Of a stretch of DNA of 64,000 bases, positions 12,261-24,179 are shown piece by piece. Numbering within the stretch: the stretch's first letter is position 1; every line of letters begins with the position of its first letter. A program made the translations under genes and the position numbers. This DNA is from Eledone cirrhosa (lineage: Eukaryota). The DNA lies in assembly GCA_964016885.1 (NCBI GenBank), contig OZ024743.1, positions 197,036,001 through 197,100,000 of the forward strand, in the 5' to 3' direction. Below the pieces are notes generated by a model. That model was not told the origin of the DNA, ran no database searches, and worked only from the letters and a program-made list of their open reading frames with translations.

Positions 12261-12748
12261 TAGGGGGGGGGGGGGGGTGATTTGAAGTGGGTATTGGTGA
12301 GTAAGTCAAGACCAATATGTCAGATGGCTTTCTTTCCAATGTGCTTTGCTATTTTATTGGTGAAGAGGAATTTATTTATAAAGATTCTCTTATGTCAAGT
12401 GTAATGGTATCATTTGTTGAAATCACATTAATCTGTATAAAAATAATAATTAAAATTATTTATATATAAACTTTGCTTTCTTCTTTTCTTTTCATTCATA
12501 CACAGAGACACACAGTCAGTTTCTCTCTCTCTCTCTCTGTCTCCAACACTCTCCTCTCACTCTCTTTCCAACATGTTCCTCTTTCTCTCTCTAATATTCT
12601 CCTCTTTCTCCAACTCTCTCAAACAATCTCACATTCTCTCTCTCTCTCCAAAATTCTTTCTCTTTTTCCAACACACACACACACACAATCTCTCTCCAAA
12701 CTATCCTCTTTCTCTCTCCAGCTTTCACTTACTCTCAAACAATCTCAT

Positions 12749-12795
<47 letters not shown>

Positions 12796-13304
12796 CACTC
12801 TCTCTCTCTCTCTCTCTCTCACCCCTTCTCTCATCTTCCCATCATGTAAAAATGTCTAAGGAAACTGTAACAATATCAAACTGTAGAGTGGCATGTAAAT
12901 ATTTTAGCTGCCATATTGTAGATTCATTATTCACTAAGGTCAAATATATAAACTAACAGCTGCAAAAACTTACTTACTTTTGCCTTTTGAAAGTTTTTTG
13001 TTTTGTTTTGTGTGGTTGTGGTGTTGGGTGGGTTATCGCTCTTTCTTTAAACCAAATCAATATTATTTTTCATAGCTGGTCATTCTTTCATAAATAGAGT
13101 AATAAATAGTCAGAAAGCAGTGCTATAGCTATGTTGTGGAGGGTTCCAGTAAGGACTGATCAATTGACCCATATGTAAGCAGGCAGGCAGACTGGCAGGC
13201 AAAGCAAGTTAGGAAGGAATTATTAGTGTTGATACTTAATGAAACTATTCTCAACAATCTACTAAACAATGAAGCTGCCACTTGTACCAACTGAATAAAC
13301 ATAC

Positions 13305-13712
<408 letters not shown>

Positions 13713-14092
13713 ACTTCCTGCCATATACTTGCCAGTTATCTGACCATACTTTCCCCAGTTGCCACCCCCTCCTGGCCATCACATCAATTTCAGTAACCAT
13801 AGCACTCAACACACACTTCTTACATGATGCTGAAACACCACCAGCACCACCACTGCTGCCTCCACTACCACCACCACAGCTGCTGCCTCAACCATCACCA
13901 CCACTCACTGTTCAAGGTAACACAAATCTCCAGATGTTTGTCTATATCCCTCTACAACAGTAATCACCACCCTATATGATTAGTGCCATGCTATACAACA
14001 TCAAGAAAATAGACTGTATTACTTCATTTTATTTCAGCACACCATGCTCTTCATGGCCAACAACCATTTTTTTTTTTGTTCATGTTTATATA

Positions 14093-14181
14093 CAGGGTGT
14101 CCCCCAAAATGTATACACACTTTCCTTACCTGTACAGGCAATATTTATTAGAATGGTGTATACATTATTTTGGACACCCTG
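14093..14181. mobile_element. 89-bp Tc1/mariner-type MITE
   Basis: TA|CAGGGTGTCC....GGACACCCTG|TA, with internal AATGTATACAC/GTGTATACATT arms. Confidence 0.85.
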
Positions 14182-15533
14182 TATATATATACACAGGTAT
14201 TGTAAGTATAAAGAAAGATAACATAAAAATTATATTCTACCTCAGTTCCAACAAAAATATGGTATTTAGCACGAACACAATATTCACTGTGAATCCACTT
14301 ACCAATTTTATAAATAAAGGAACCCATCTTCTACTAAAATAATTGCGAAAAATTCCAGCTATGTAATATCTAAAAAACAATAATTTACTCAGGCAATGGA
14401 CATAGGAAGCTCCTACGACTGACCATCACATAAAGGCATCTTTACTGATTGATTTCTAGCTGGTTGAATGATTTGACAAAGCAGACAAATCTTTCAACCT
14501 ACTAGAAACAGCAGCCAAATTTTCCTCAAAACCACACCTTGCCATCTTTAAAAAAGAAATTCAGCTTCAATAGGAATAACACAGAACTAAACAACAATCT
14601 ATTAACCCTGAGCTGATGGATAAGCTTTCACGTAGTCTCTAGAAATAGCAGCTAAATCTCCCTCAACCATACTGCATTGTCTAAAATAAAGGACACTTTT
14701 GACAATGTAGTTCCTCATATATATATAAAGAAAGAATGGTTATAGTTGGAATGCCACTGCCATGCCACCATCACCTATTTCAGCCTTTTCTATATTTCAT
14801 CTGCCTGTCATCCACCTTGTGGATTGTCTCTCTGTTGACCACAGCCCACTGATTGCTGGTCTCTGAGGCATTATTGCCCATCACTGTCTTTGACAACATT
14901 TAGCTGTTTTAATGGCTGTTCTAGTGAACATTTTTATATGTAATCAAGAATATATGGAGATTTAGCAATATTACTAACATTCTCATTTGTAAATACTGAA
15001 AATAATTATATATTCAGCTAAGACTGAAAACAGTTGTTACTTTGCCAAATATTTTTATGCAAGGAGGAAGAGGGGAAAATATCTTGGTAAGTTAAGAAAA
15101 TTCATCTTTTCATAAACCTGGATAGCAAATTATTCTATGATATACAACCTCACCCACCACGAAAGAGAAGGCTTGATATCTGTTCCTTTAGAGCTAGCTG
15201 AAGTATAGAAAAGAAGACAAAGCTAAGATAATTAATCCTTTTATGAATCACAAGAGAGAGAAATACTGTCAGGTGATATACAAATGTGAAATAAATTAAC
15301 AATGAATATATAATTTGAAGGATTATACATATCAAAAAATAACTCGCCTATCCAAAACACCACCAAATCACCAAACTTAATACAGCAAATTCTCACAATA
15401 TAAAAATACCATTTCAACCAACAAACCTGCTTTTAGATAATTTCTTCTAAATCATTACAGTATAATTAATACAGCACATTTTGAATTAACCATTTCTGTT
15501 TTTAAATATTTGTATTAGATATAAGTATTGAAA

Positions 15534-15955
15534 TCATCATCATCATCGTTTAACATCTATCTTCCACGCTTGCATGGGTTTAGATGGGAATTGTCCCACT
15601 TGAGGCAAGATTGGTTGTCTTGCTCGTATAGGACTGTCTGGCAGGTTTTCTACGGTTGGATGCCCTTCCTAACACCAACCACGTTTACAGTGTGGACAGG
15701 GAGGTTTTTACCGTGTTACCTACATGGCCACATTACAGCGTGGACTGTGTGTTTTTTTGTCGTGACACCTACACGACCTCATTTATTTAGGACTGGATGT
15801 TGTGGTACATAACTTTACAGAGAAAGGGGTGGTGTTGATGGGGGTGGGGGTAGTGGGAGGGTGAGTGTATATTTGATTAAGAGGTGCCTACTGACTGTAG
15901 GTTTCGCTTTGTACTTAGGCAAGGTGGGTTTTCTGTATTACTGCGTAGCGCCAAA
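15534..15955 (-). mobile_element. RTE family 2 3' UTR fragment
   Basis: Near identical to 42632-43070; (TCA)n tail. Confidence 0.85.
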
Positions 15956-16069
15956 GATCTCATATATTTTTAAATACGTTAAAAAGAGAAGAGGCATTGC
16001 CCTTTTGCAACAATAAATAATTAACATCGACTGCTATTTATAGTGAGGGTGATGGATTGGTAGAGTCGT

Positions 16070-16315
16070 TGTGCTTCTTCTTCGCTCACTTATTCCTGAG
16101 AGGGTTGTGGAGGCAGAGTCTTCAAAGACTCCTTCCAGTGGGTCCTGCCAGAAGCAACTGTCTCCAACTGATCTGGCTGAATCCCCAAGCGAGACCAGCC
16201 AAGCTCATGGATGTTATCCAACTATCTTGCTTGGGGTCTACCCCTGGGTCCCCCACCGGTTGATTTTGCCTGTAAATCTGTCCAACAATTCTTTCCTTGA
16301 GACATTCTAACCACT
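16070..16315 (-). mobile_element. RTE family 3 3' fragment
   Basis: Minus strand VVRMSQ..RPRGRP-like remnant; homologous to 29335-29720, 38795-39135 and 51560-51760. Confidence 0.75.
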
Positions 16316-17477
16316 TGTACTGTTTTTCTAATTATTTCATAGTCATTCATTCATGCAGTTACTCATTAAATTGTGCAAGCAAGCTGAGGCGAAATAAAAA
16401 TAAATGACCCATTCAAAAACATAATAAAACACTTGCTAGGAATTTGAACTCATGATGCAAGGTCTAGTATTTCTAATATCTTAGTCATCACTTTAGCATT
16501 TCAACTTGAACCCAGAAAACAAAAGAGAATAAGAAAGAAAAAAAAAAAAAGAAAATCAAGAATTGTTTCCCCAACCTCTCATGAAACAATCTGTAAGATG
16601 TGAGATTAAAAACCCCCTACTGGTAAACTCTTGGAGGTAAAGTCTGACCTAGATAAGCAGCACATTAGTACACAAAAGTCCAGTTAAAAGCCCAGCTATA
16701 TAACAAAACACTGCCAACTCTAACATCACATAAAACCAACCAGCTCTACTGGTCTATTATTCTTCTTTTGCAAGTAAAAAGGAAAAATGTCTTAATTATA
16801 ACGCATTGTCAAAACTAGAAAGAAACCTACTGCTCTGCAAAGAAAGCGAAAATATATTGGAATGTTGAGACAGAAAAATCTATTGTGTCTGATTGTCCAA
16901 AGCTGTTTATTTGTTTACTCTAAAGCATAATAGACCATTATTATGAGACTACTGTGTGTCAAACAGTACAAACACTACCATGTTAATAATAATAATAATA
17001 AAAATGGTTTCTTGATAATAGCAATAATCAATGATGATTATAATGATGATGAGGTGGTGATGGTAGTTGTGAGGATGATAACAATAACAATCTTTTCTTT
17101 TATTGCCAGAAGGGTGATAGGATAGGGAGGATGAGGAGGAGGAGAAGAAGAAGAAAGCAAAGAAGAAGAAGAAGAAGAAAAAAAGAAGGAAGAAGAATTA
17201 TTCATCAGTTTCTTCACTATAAAGGCCATTGTTGTCAGCAGAGATAAAACTAAGTCTTAATAACAGAGAGAAATACTTCATCACCTTAGGAAATAACCAA
17301 CAATAATAATAGTTTTGAAAAAACAAAAACAAATAAAAAAAAACAGATTTGAGTAGGCTGAAGGCACATGGCCTAGTGGTTAGGGTGTTGTACATCATTT
17401 TATGTGCTATACATGCACCTTTGATGAGTTGTAGTGCACCTGAGCACTGTACATAATCATTTTCATTATTATTATTA

Positions 17478-17698
17478 TTGGCAATATCAGTAGAGAGTCA
17501 GACACTTTGCAGCATAGAGTTACGCCCCTTTACTTGTTGAGTTCAAATCCCGCTGAGGTTAACTTTGCCTTTTATCCTCATGGGGTCGATAAAATAAAGT
17601 ACCAGTAGTGTACTGAGGTTGATTTAATCAACTTTCCTTTCCCCCTTTCAAATTGCTGGCCTTGTGCTTAAAGTAGAAACAATTATTATCATTATTAT
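17478..17698 (+). mobile_element. SINE family A
   Basis: GAGTTCAAATCCCGCTGAGGTTAACTTTGCC..GGGGTCGATAAAATAAAGTACCAG..AGTAGAAACAATTATT. Confidence 0.85.
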
Positions 17699-18417
17699 TT
17701 ATTTGAACTGACAATCATATGATTGATGGTTCAATTCCTGGATCCAGCAACTTCTGTTCTTGAACACATCACTTCATTTTAAGTTACTTCTCACAATCGG
17801 ACTTGGACCCTGATCATTCATACACCGAAGAATCATCCTAGGTTAGTTAAATCTACATAGGGGTTAACTACAGATTTCATTTAATTTTATTTCATTTTCA
17901 TGTCAGTAGGGTTGCTAGAAAGAATTACTTAGTCCAGGATTAACCAGTAATGTGTCCAGGGCCTCAATAGAGTTGTTTTCCAATAGAGTATATGGGGTTA
18001 GAGGTACCATATGCTTTTCAGTGTGAATATCAAACAACATTCAAGACAATTTACACAGCTATACTTTTGTAACCTTGCAGATACTGGATAGCGAGAGTAA
18101 AGGGAAATAAATATATCCACTGGATATACTGGCTGTAGCCACTACTCGGACAAATAATTCTACTAGACAGTGAAAACAAACTAAGTCACAATACAGTATT
18201 CGTTCCGGCTCTCTGCACTCTCTGAGTTCAAATCCTACAGAGTTAACTTTGCCTTTCAACCTTTTGTGGTCAACAAAATATAGTAGCAGTCCAGTACTGG
18301 TGCTGATTCTTCTGCTATATCTCTTTCTTACTTTCTCTCTATTACTCTCACTATCCTTCTCTGGAAGAAATCGGCTATGTTCTAGCCTGGAGAGGGGAAG
18401 CCCTCCACTAAGTTTAA

Positions 18418-18622
18418 CCCTTTAGCATTCACATTATTCTATATATACTATTGTATTTTTCTTACATAATTATCGCACATAATATCGAATCTACGAGATT
18501 TTGATGTTATTTATTTTGAGAACAATACCTTAACATCAGTATAAGCAGCCAGTTTCAACTGGTTTGAACAGAAAGAAGTGAGACATTTCTAGCCGGATAT
18601 GGCCGGTTTGAATGCTAAAGGG
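18418..18622 (+). mobile_element. piggyBac-type MITE
   Basis: TTAA|CCCTTTAGCATTCA...TGAATGCTAAAGGG|TTAA. Confidence 0.9.
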
Positions 18623-18839
18623 TTAAAGTGCACAAGATGGTCCTATGACTCCATTAGGAGTTATGGATCCATATATACATACATGACCATTGTTGACAGG
18701 TTGACTTATATTTGATTGTTCCTATGAACACGAGGCCAACAGTGACTTTTGAAGCCAGCGAGAGATTTACAGTTTGCTGCAAACTAAATCCCTGTTTTCA
18801 GCCTGATGGTAAAAATAAGCATAATCTATTGGCAGGTTG

Positions 18840-19180
18840 TCTATATGGAGGTGGCTTTGGAGGCCTGCATATGACAAGCATTTTCATCCACATTCATGGC
18901 AAATAAACTGAGGAACAATTGGGTCTACTTCCTCTCCCTTCCAGGCAGTTCTTTTGGTCTTTGCCCAGCTTATTGTCTTTGCATATATTTGTTTTCCCAC
19001 TTGTTTCTGTCGCCAGCCTGTACTACCCAGTTGTGTAGATCAAGATTGACTTGGGGCAGCAAGTCTTTGAGACGGTCTTGAAATGCTTCTTAGGTTTCTG
19101 CTGAGGTCTTTTTCCTTCAAGCAGCTTTCAGTAAACCATCTTCTTGGGGATATGACTATTACCCAGTCATATCAGGTGTC
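18840..19180 (-). mobile_element. Old, internally deleted RTE fragment with C-terminal zinc finger remnant
   Basis: Minus strand translates FICHECG*KCLSYAGLQSHL, like the terminal zinc finger of BovB/Expander-type RTE ORFs. Confidence 0.6.
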
Positions 19181-19211
19181 CTAATAAGTGAAGGCGGTGC
19201 TTGTGTATATG

Positions 19212-19489
19212 CAGGGTTGAATTTAATGGGAGGCAAAGGGGGAAGTTACCTGGGAGCCCCTGTAGTAATGGGGCCCCATCAGTGATGGGTGTAGCAATTT
19301 ATTTGTGCCCTCAGCTGGGCTTTTTAGTTTTAGGATGGTTAGAATTTTTGAATTTAATACCTGTATGTATAACTTTTCAATTCCAATTTCTTGCACCAAG
19401 CTAACTTTGATATGAAAAATTGGGAGGTTTGCTGTGTATTTTAATTTTTTTGTGTATGAGGGGCTCTGCAAGGTCTAAATCCGACCCTG
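19212..19489. mobile_element. hAT-type MITE
   Basis: TIRs CAGGGTTGAATTTA/TAAATCCGACCCTG; 8-bp TSD TGTATATG at 19204-19211 and 19490-19497; partial second copy at about 49008-49197. Confidence 0.85.
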
Positions 19490-21009
19490 TGTATATGATC
19501 TTTTATGCTGAGTGTATCAGCTCCTTCCAATACTTCTGTGTCTGGAACATGTGAGATCCAATGAATACATATATACATACATACAAACATACATATGTAC
19601 ATACATACAAACATGAGTAATATAAAAATATTAAGGTCATACAGAAGGGCAAATGTAAAGTTGAAAGAATAGAAGGCACTGTGATTAAAAAAACCTACAG
19701 ATGGGGTAGCTGGTGTGTGTGTAGTTGTTGCTGATTGTATGTTGGGCCTCAGTGATAGTTGGATATGGAGCAGGACTGAACCCTCTACCTCTGTATGAAA
19801 GGGTGAATTCCTATACAATAAACTCAGGATGACATCATCCCCATTACCACCATTACTACGACTAATACTACTATTAACACCACTAACACCACCATGGTTA
19901 CTACTATTACCGCCACCACAACTACCATACAACTACAATACATTCATCATCATCATAATCACCATCACTATAAACATCATCATCATCACTATAATCATCA
20001 ACAGCATCATTATTAAAGTAAACCTATGGTGAGTTCTGTGTAGGAAGGAGCAGAAACGAGAATGAAATTTGCAGAGAGAGAGAGAGAGATATTCATTATG
20101 AAAGAGGCACAATGAAATAACAAGGAGATACTCTTTCTATCTACAGTGAATATTATTAGATTTATTCACCAGTGATATATGGAGAGAAAAAAGAAACAAT
20201 GCAACATAATAAAACAAAGTTATATGCCTCGGTGATTGTACTGAAAAGCTTAGCAATGCACCAGTGGTTGCATTTTCCCAGACATAATATACATGCAGAG
20301 TAAGTCTATTGTTTTCTTGCCTCATCTTTTGACATTGCAACACTGTTACAATCGAAGCTCACTAGTTTCATTGCTAACCAATCAACAGCAGGCTGAAATG
20401 GCAATGAAGTCTGACTGGCAAATATTCACTAGAGCAAGAAGCAAAGTTTTTGGTTAGAATAATAAATACTGATGCCATCAATAATTATTTCAATTCAGTG
20501 TTAGCAGCAAAGAGAGAAGAGCAAAAGAATAAAAAATTATTTTCTATTGTTTGCTTCTAATCTAACAGTTTCCAGCAAACTATTATTCTTTGTTGGAAAA
20601 TGGAAAAAAACAAAACAAAACAAAACAAAACCCAACCACAAAACAAAAACAAAGAAAGAAAACAATAAATAAATATAGAAATAAATAAACAGAATGAACT
20701 AACTAAATAATGATTTGGCCATTGCAAAACACTTCTCTGTACTAGCCAAGAACTGTTTGATAGAGTTAGAGGGAAAAATAGTCAAAAGTGAAGCAAAGCA
20801 GTCTGTAGCTTTTCTCATACTGACAAAAGAACACAGTTGATTCCCTTTGACTTTGAGGCATCAAATTTCTTTTGTACTACACACACAAAAAAAAGGCTTC
20901 ACAATCAACACACATTCAACATTACATTACAAAACAATGGCTGAGTGAAGAAGGGTGAGAAACAAATTGATCCTTTAAAAAAATCACATAAAGCATAACA
21001 AAGACTTAC

Positions 21010-21071
21010 TTCTTCTTCAGGTCCCTACGGGCCAATGGTGGCTTTAAATCGTTATCTTTTGATCAATCAAC
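21010..21071 (-). other. Candidate 62-nt non-coding exon
   Basis: TATTACAG|GTTG...GAAGAA|GTAAGT; stops in all three frames; weak pyrimidine tract. Confidence 0.3.
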
Positions 21072-21894
21072 CTGTAATATTTTATTATTACAGCATTCAC
21101 CATACTACAAACAGTGGTAGTATTTTTATTTAGCAACAGAACTTATTCTTTAGAATATTACTACCCCAACCCAACAAAAACCAACAACTATGAAGTGAAA
21201 AGTTGAACTGCTACCTTACTGTTAAATAAATATACAATCAAATCAAATTAGCTACTTTCCTTGAGAATTCAAGACAATCTTTGCAGTAGGGAAAAGAAAC
21301 CAAGACTGGTGTCCTTTGCCCTAGGACCACCTTCCTACTCAGTACCAACGGCAAGGAGTTCGCTACCTACAGGTGTGAGCCTTGCGAGCTGGAATGGCCC
21401 TTCTAACACATCTCCCTCACCATCCACCAGAGAAACGCCTTCTCTATTCTGTCTGCAGGAATTGCAGGGCAGCCAGCACATGGGCTCCCATCTGTATATA
21501 ATAGCGAGATATGGGGAGAGTGAGAGAGAGACGGAGGCGGTGAGTGAAAGAGAGAGAGCATCAACACACTTGATAAGTCACCAAGCATATTAACCACACA
21601 AATTAAGGTATAACCCAAAACAGCAAAAGGTTTAAGGCCATTTTCCCTGCTAAAGAAGGGGTTAATCTTGTGTGTATCACAACAAGATTCTCAATTTTAC
21701 CCTATTGGTTGCATCTCCCCATCCCTAACTTTTGGTGTCCATTCTGTATAAATGTTATCTGACAAATTAAAACACCTCCAAAATTATTGTAATATTTAAA
21801 TATTCTTTGGTTTTAATGCTGTAAAGTATTCTGTTTGATGCTCTAATGACCCTGGCAATCCACCAGCACCACCCATCTACTAAATAACAATGAT

Positions 21895-22077
21895 AATGTT
21901 TCTACTTTTGGCACAAGGCCAGCAATTACCCCAGTGCATTACAGGTGCTTTATTTTATCGACCCTGTAAGGATGAAAGTTATCCTCAGCGGGTTTTGAAC
22001 TCAGTACGTAAAGGGGCATAACTATATTGCAAAGCATGGTGTCTGATGCTCTACCGATACTGCCAAACCACTGCCCA
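21895..22077 (-). mobile_element. SINE family A
   Basis: Same body as 9540-9731. Confidence 0.85.
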
Positions 22078-22776
22078 CTAAATAACAATAATAATAATGT
22101 CTAAGTTTGGCACAAGGTCACATAATATGGGTGAAATAACATTTGATTAAATCAACCTGACTGCTGTCCCCAACCTCGCACTAGTGGTCCTTTTAACCAA
22201 ACACCTTTAAAAAGGTATTGTAAGAGAGAATGATTATTTTAAACCTATTTTCCTTTACACTTTTTGTGTTATATATATATTTGCTTAATTAACTCTTTCA
22301 ATAGGGTCATTTTCTCCCTACCCCATCTTTGGATCAATTATATGTATATGTGTGTGTGTGAGAGAATTCATCATTTCATCATCATTTAATGTCTGTTCTC
22401 CTTGTTAGCACACACACACACACATATATATATGTATGTATATACAATGCTCGGTTAATTAAGTCTTTAAATTGCTTTGGGAATGTAAGTTTTGTTTTTA
22501 TTTTATTTTATTTTTACACAGCCCAAAGTAAAATCTAACTTCCTAGAAGTGAAATGTAGGGAAATGGTACTGCCAGGTGGTGTTAGTGTCAAACATAGGA
22601 AATATGTGAGGACAGAGGAAGCCAGGCAACGCTTTAGAAATGAGTATAAAGCAAACTTCCATATCAAATCATCTCTTTTAATTCAAGAGACAAGCAGCCC
22701 CTGTCAGGGTTTGTTTTGTCATGTCCATTATGAAAAGACAAGGTCAGTCATTTATAGTAGTGGGTTTGAACATTAA

Positions 22777-22984
22777 CCCTTTGGCATTTACATTACTCTA
22801 TATTTACTATTATATTTTCACGGTAAAGACTGTATCTGACATAATATTGAATCTATGAGATTTTGATATGATTTATTTTGAGAACAATACATTAACATCA
22901 GTATGAGCAGTCAGTTACAGCCAGTTTTAAAAGAAAGTGGTGAGAGAATTCTGGCCAGATACAGCCGGTTTAAATGATAAAGGG
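22777..22984 (+). mobile_element. piggyBac-type MITE
   Basis: TTAA|CCCTTT...AAAGGG|TTAA; same body as 18418-18622. Confidence 0.9.
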
Positions 22985-23503
22985 TTAACTTTTATCACAT
23001 GTTCTGTATCACATGAAACCACATTAGCAAGATGTTCTTGAAAAGTATAATACAACACTATGACAGTATCAAATTAAAAATTAGTCTTGTGTATCCTGTT
23101 TAGAATCCTTGCATGTCATCAGAAATAATTAAAATGGTTAGTGTCAGGAATAGCAACCAGCTGTAAAACACTACATCAAAAGGTCTTGTCCAACTCATGC
23201 CAATATGGAAAAGTTGATGTGATGATGATGATGACTTTAGTTTACAGCAAATTTTCACAATAATGTGTTCAATAGATATTTGATATTTTATGCTAAATCC
23301 TTATTGGATGTTAAATGTTAAGATACACTGTTTCTTTTATTGGTTATCTCGATGTGAACTGTTCAACAGTAGTTAGTTGAACCCTTTTGATACCAAGCTA
23401 CTTGAAACTCCATGCCTTGGTTTTATGACACAAAACTATTTATTTCAAAGTGTTTATATTTATCTAAAAACCTTTCATCATAATTTTGAACAAGAACCTT
23501 TAA

Positions 23504-23724
23504 CCCTTTAGCATTTAAACCGGCCGTATCTGGCCAGAATTATCTCACCTCTTTTTGCTCAAATCGACCATAACCGGGTGCTCATACTGATATTAGGGTA
23601 TTGTACTCAAAATAAATAATATCAAAATCTCGTAGATTCGATATTATGTGAGATAATTATGTGAAATAAAGCCTTTACCATGAAAATACAATAGTAAATA
23701 TAGAGTAATGTAAATGCTAAAGAG
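23504..23724 (-). mobile_element. piggyBac-type MITE (reverse orientation)
   Basis: TTAA at 23500 and 23725; CCCTTTAGCATTTA TIR. Confidence 0.9.
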
Positions 23725-23751
23725 TTAAGATATTTCTCAAACACCAACTTA

Positions 23752-23975
23752 ATGATTTCTAATTTAGATACAAGGCCAACAATTTTGGGGAGAGGGGAAA
23801 GTTTATTATATCAACCCCAGTTCTTGACTGGTACTTTATTTTATCATCCCTAGAAGGTAGAAAAACAAAGTTGACTTTGGCAGGATTTGACCACTGAACT
23901 CAGAATATAAAGAACTATAAAAAAATTCCACAAAACATTTTTCTGATACTCTAACAATTTTGCCAATCCACCACA
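23752..23975 (-). mobile_element. SINE family A, diverged
   Basis: CAAGGCC..GGTACTTTATTTTATC..GAACTCAGA..TGCCAATCCACC. Confidence 0.75.
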
Positions 23976-24179
23976 TTAAACACCAATTTGATACTGAGAA
24001 AGTTAGTTATGTTATTCTTTATTATTTTGAAAATTATTTGAAAATCATTGGCAGTTTTTTTTCTCTTCCTTTTTCTTTTTGGTGGAGAAGGTGGAGAATA
24101 TGGTAATAAAAAGCTTAACCCATAAAAGAGACATCATTGTTTATAATGAAATATAATATAGTAAAATCTCTATAATAAA

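Noticed and set aside
21261-21593. 110-aa + strand ORF
   Set aside because: TTG start, no recognisable domain, runs into a GA repeat.
23093-23125. Minus-strand CTGATGA as a hammerhead
   Set aside because: No GAAA at the right position and no stem II.
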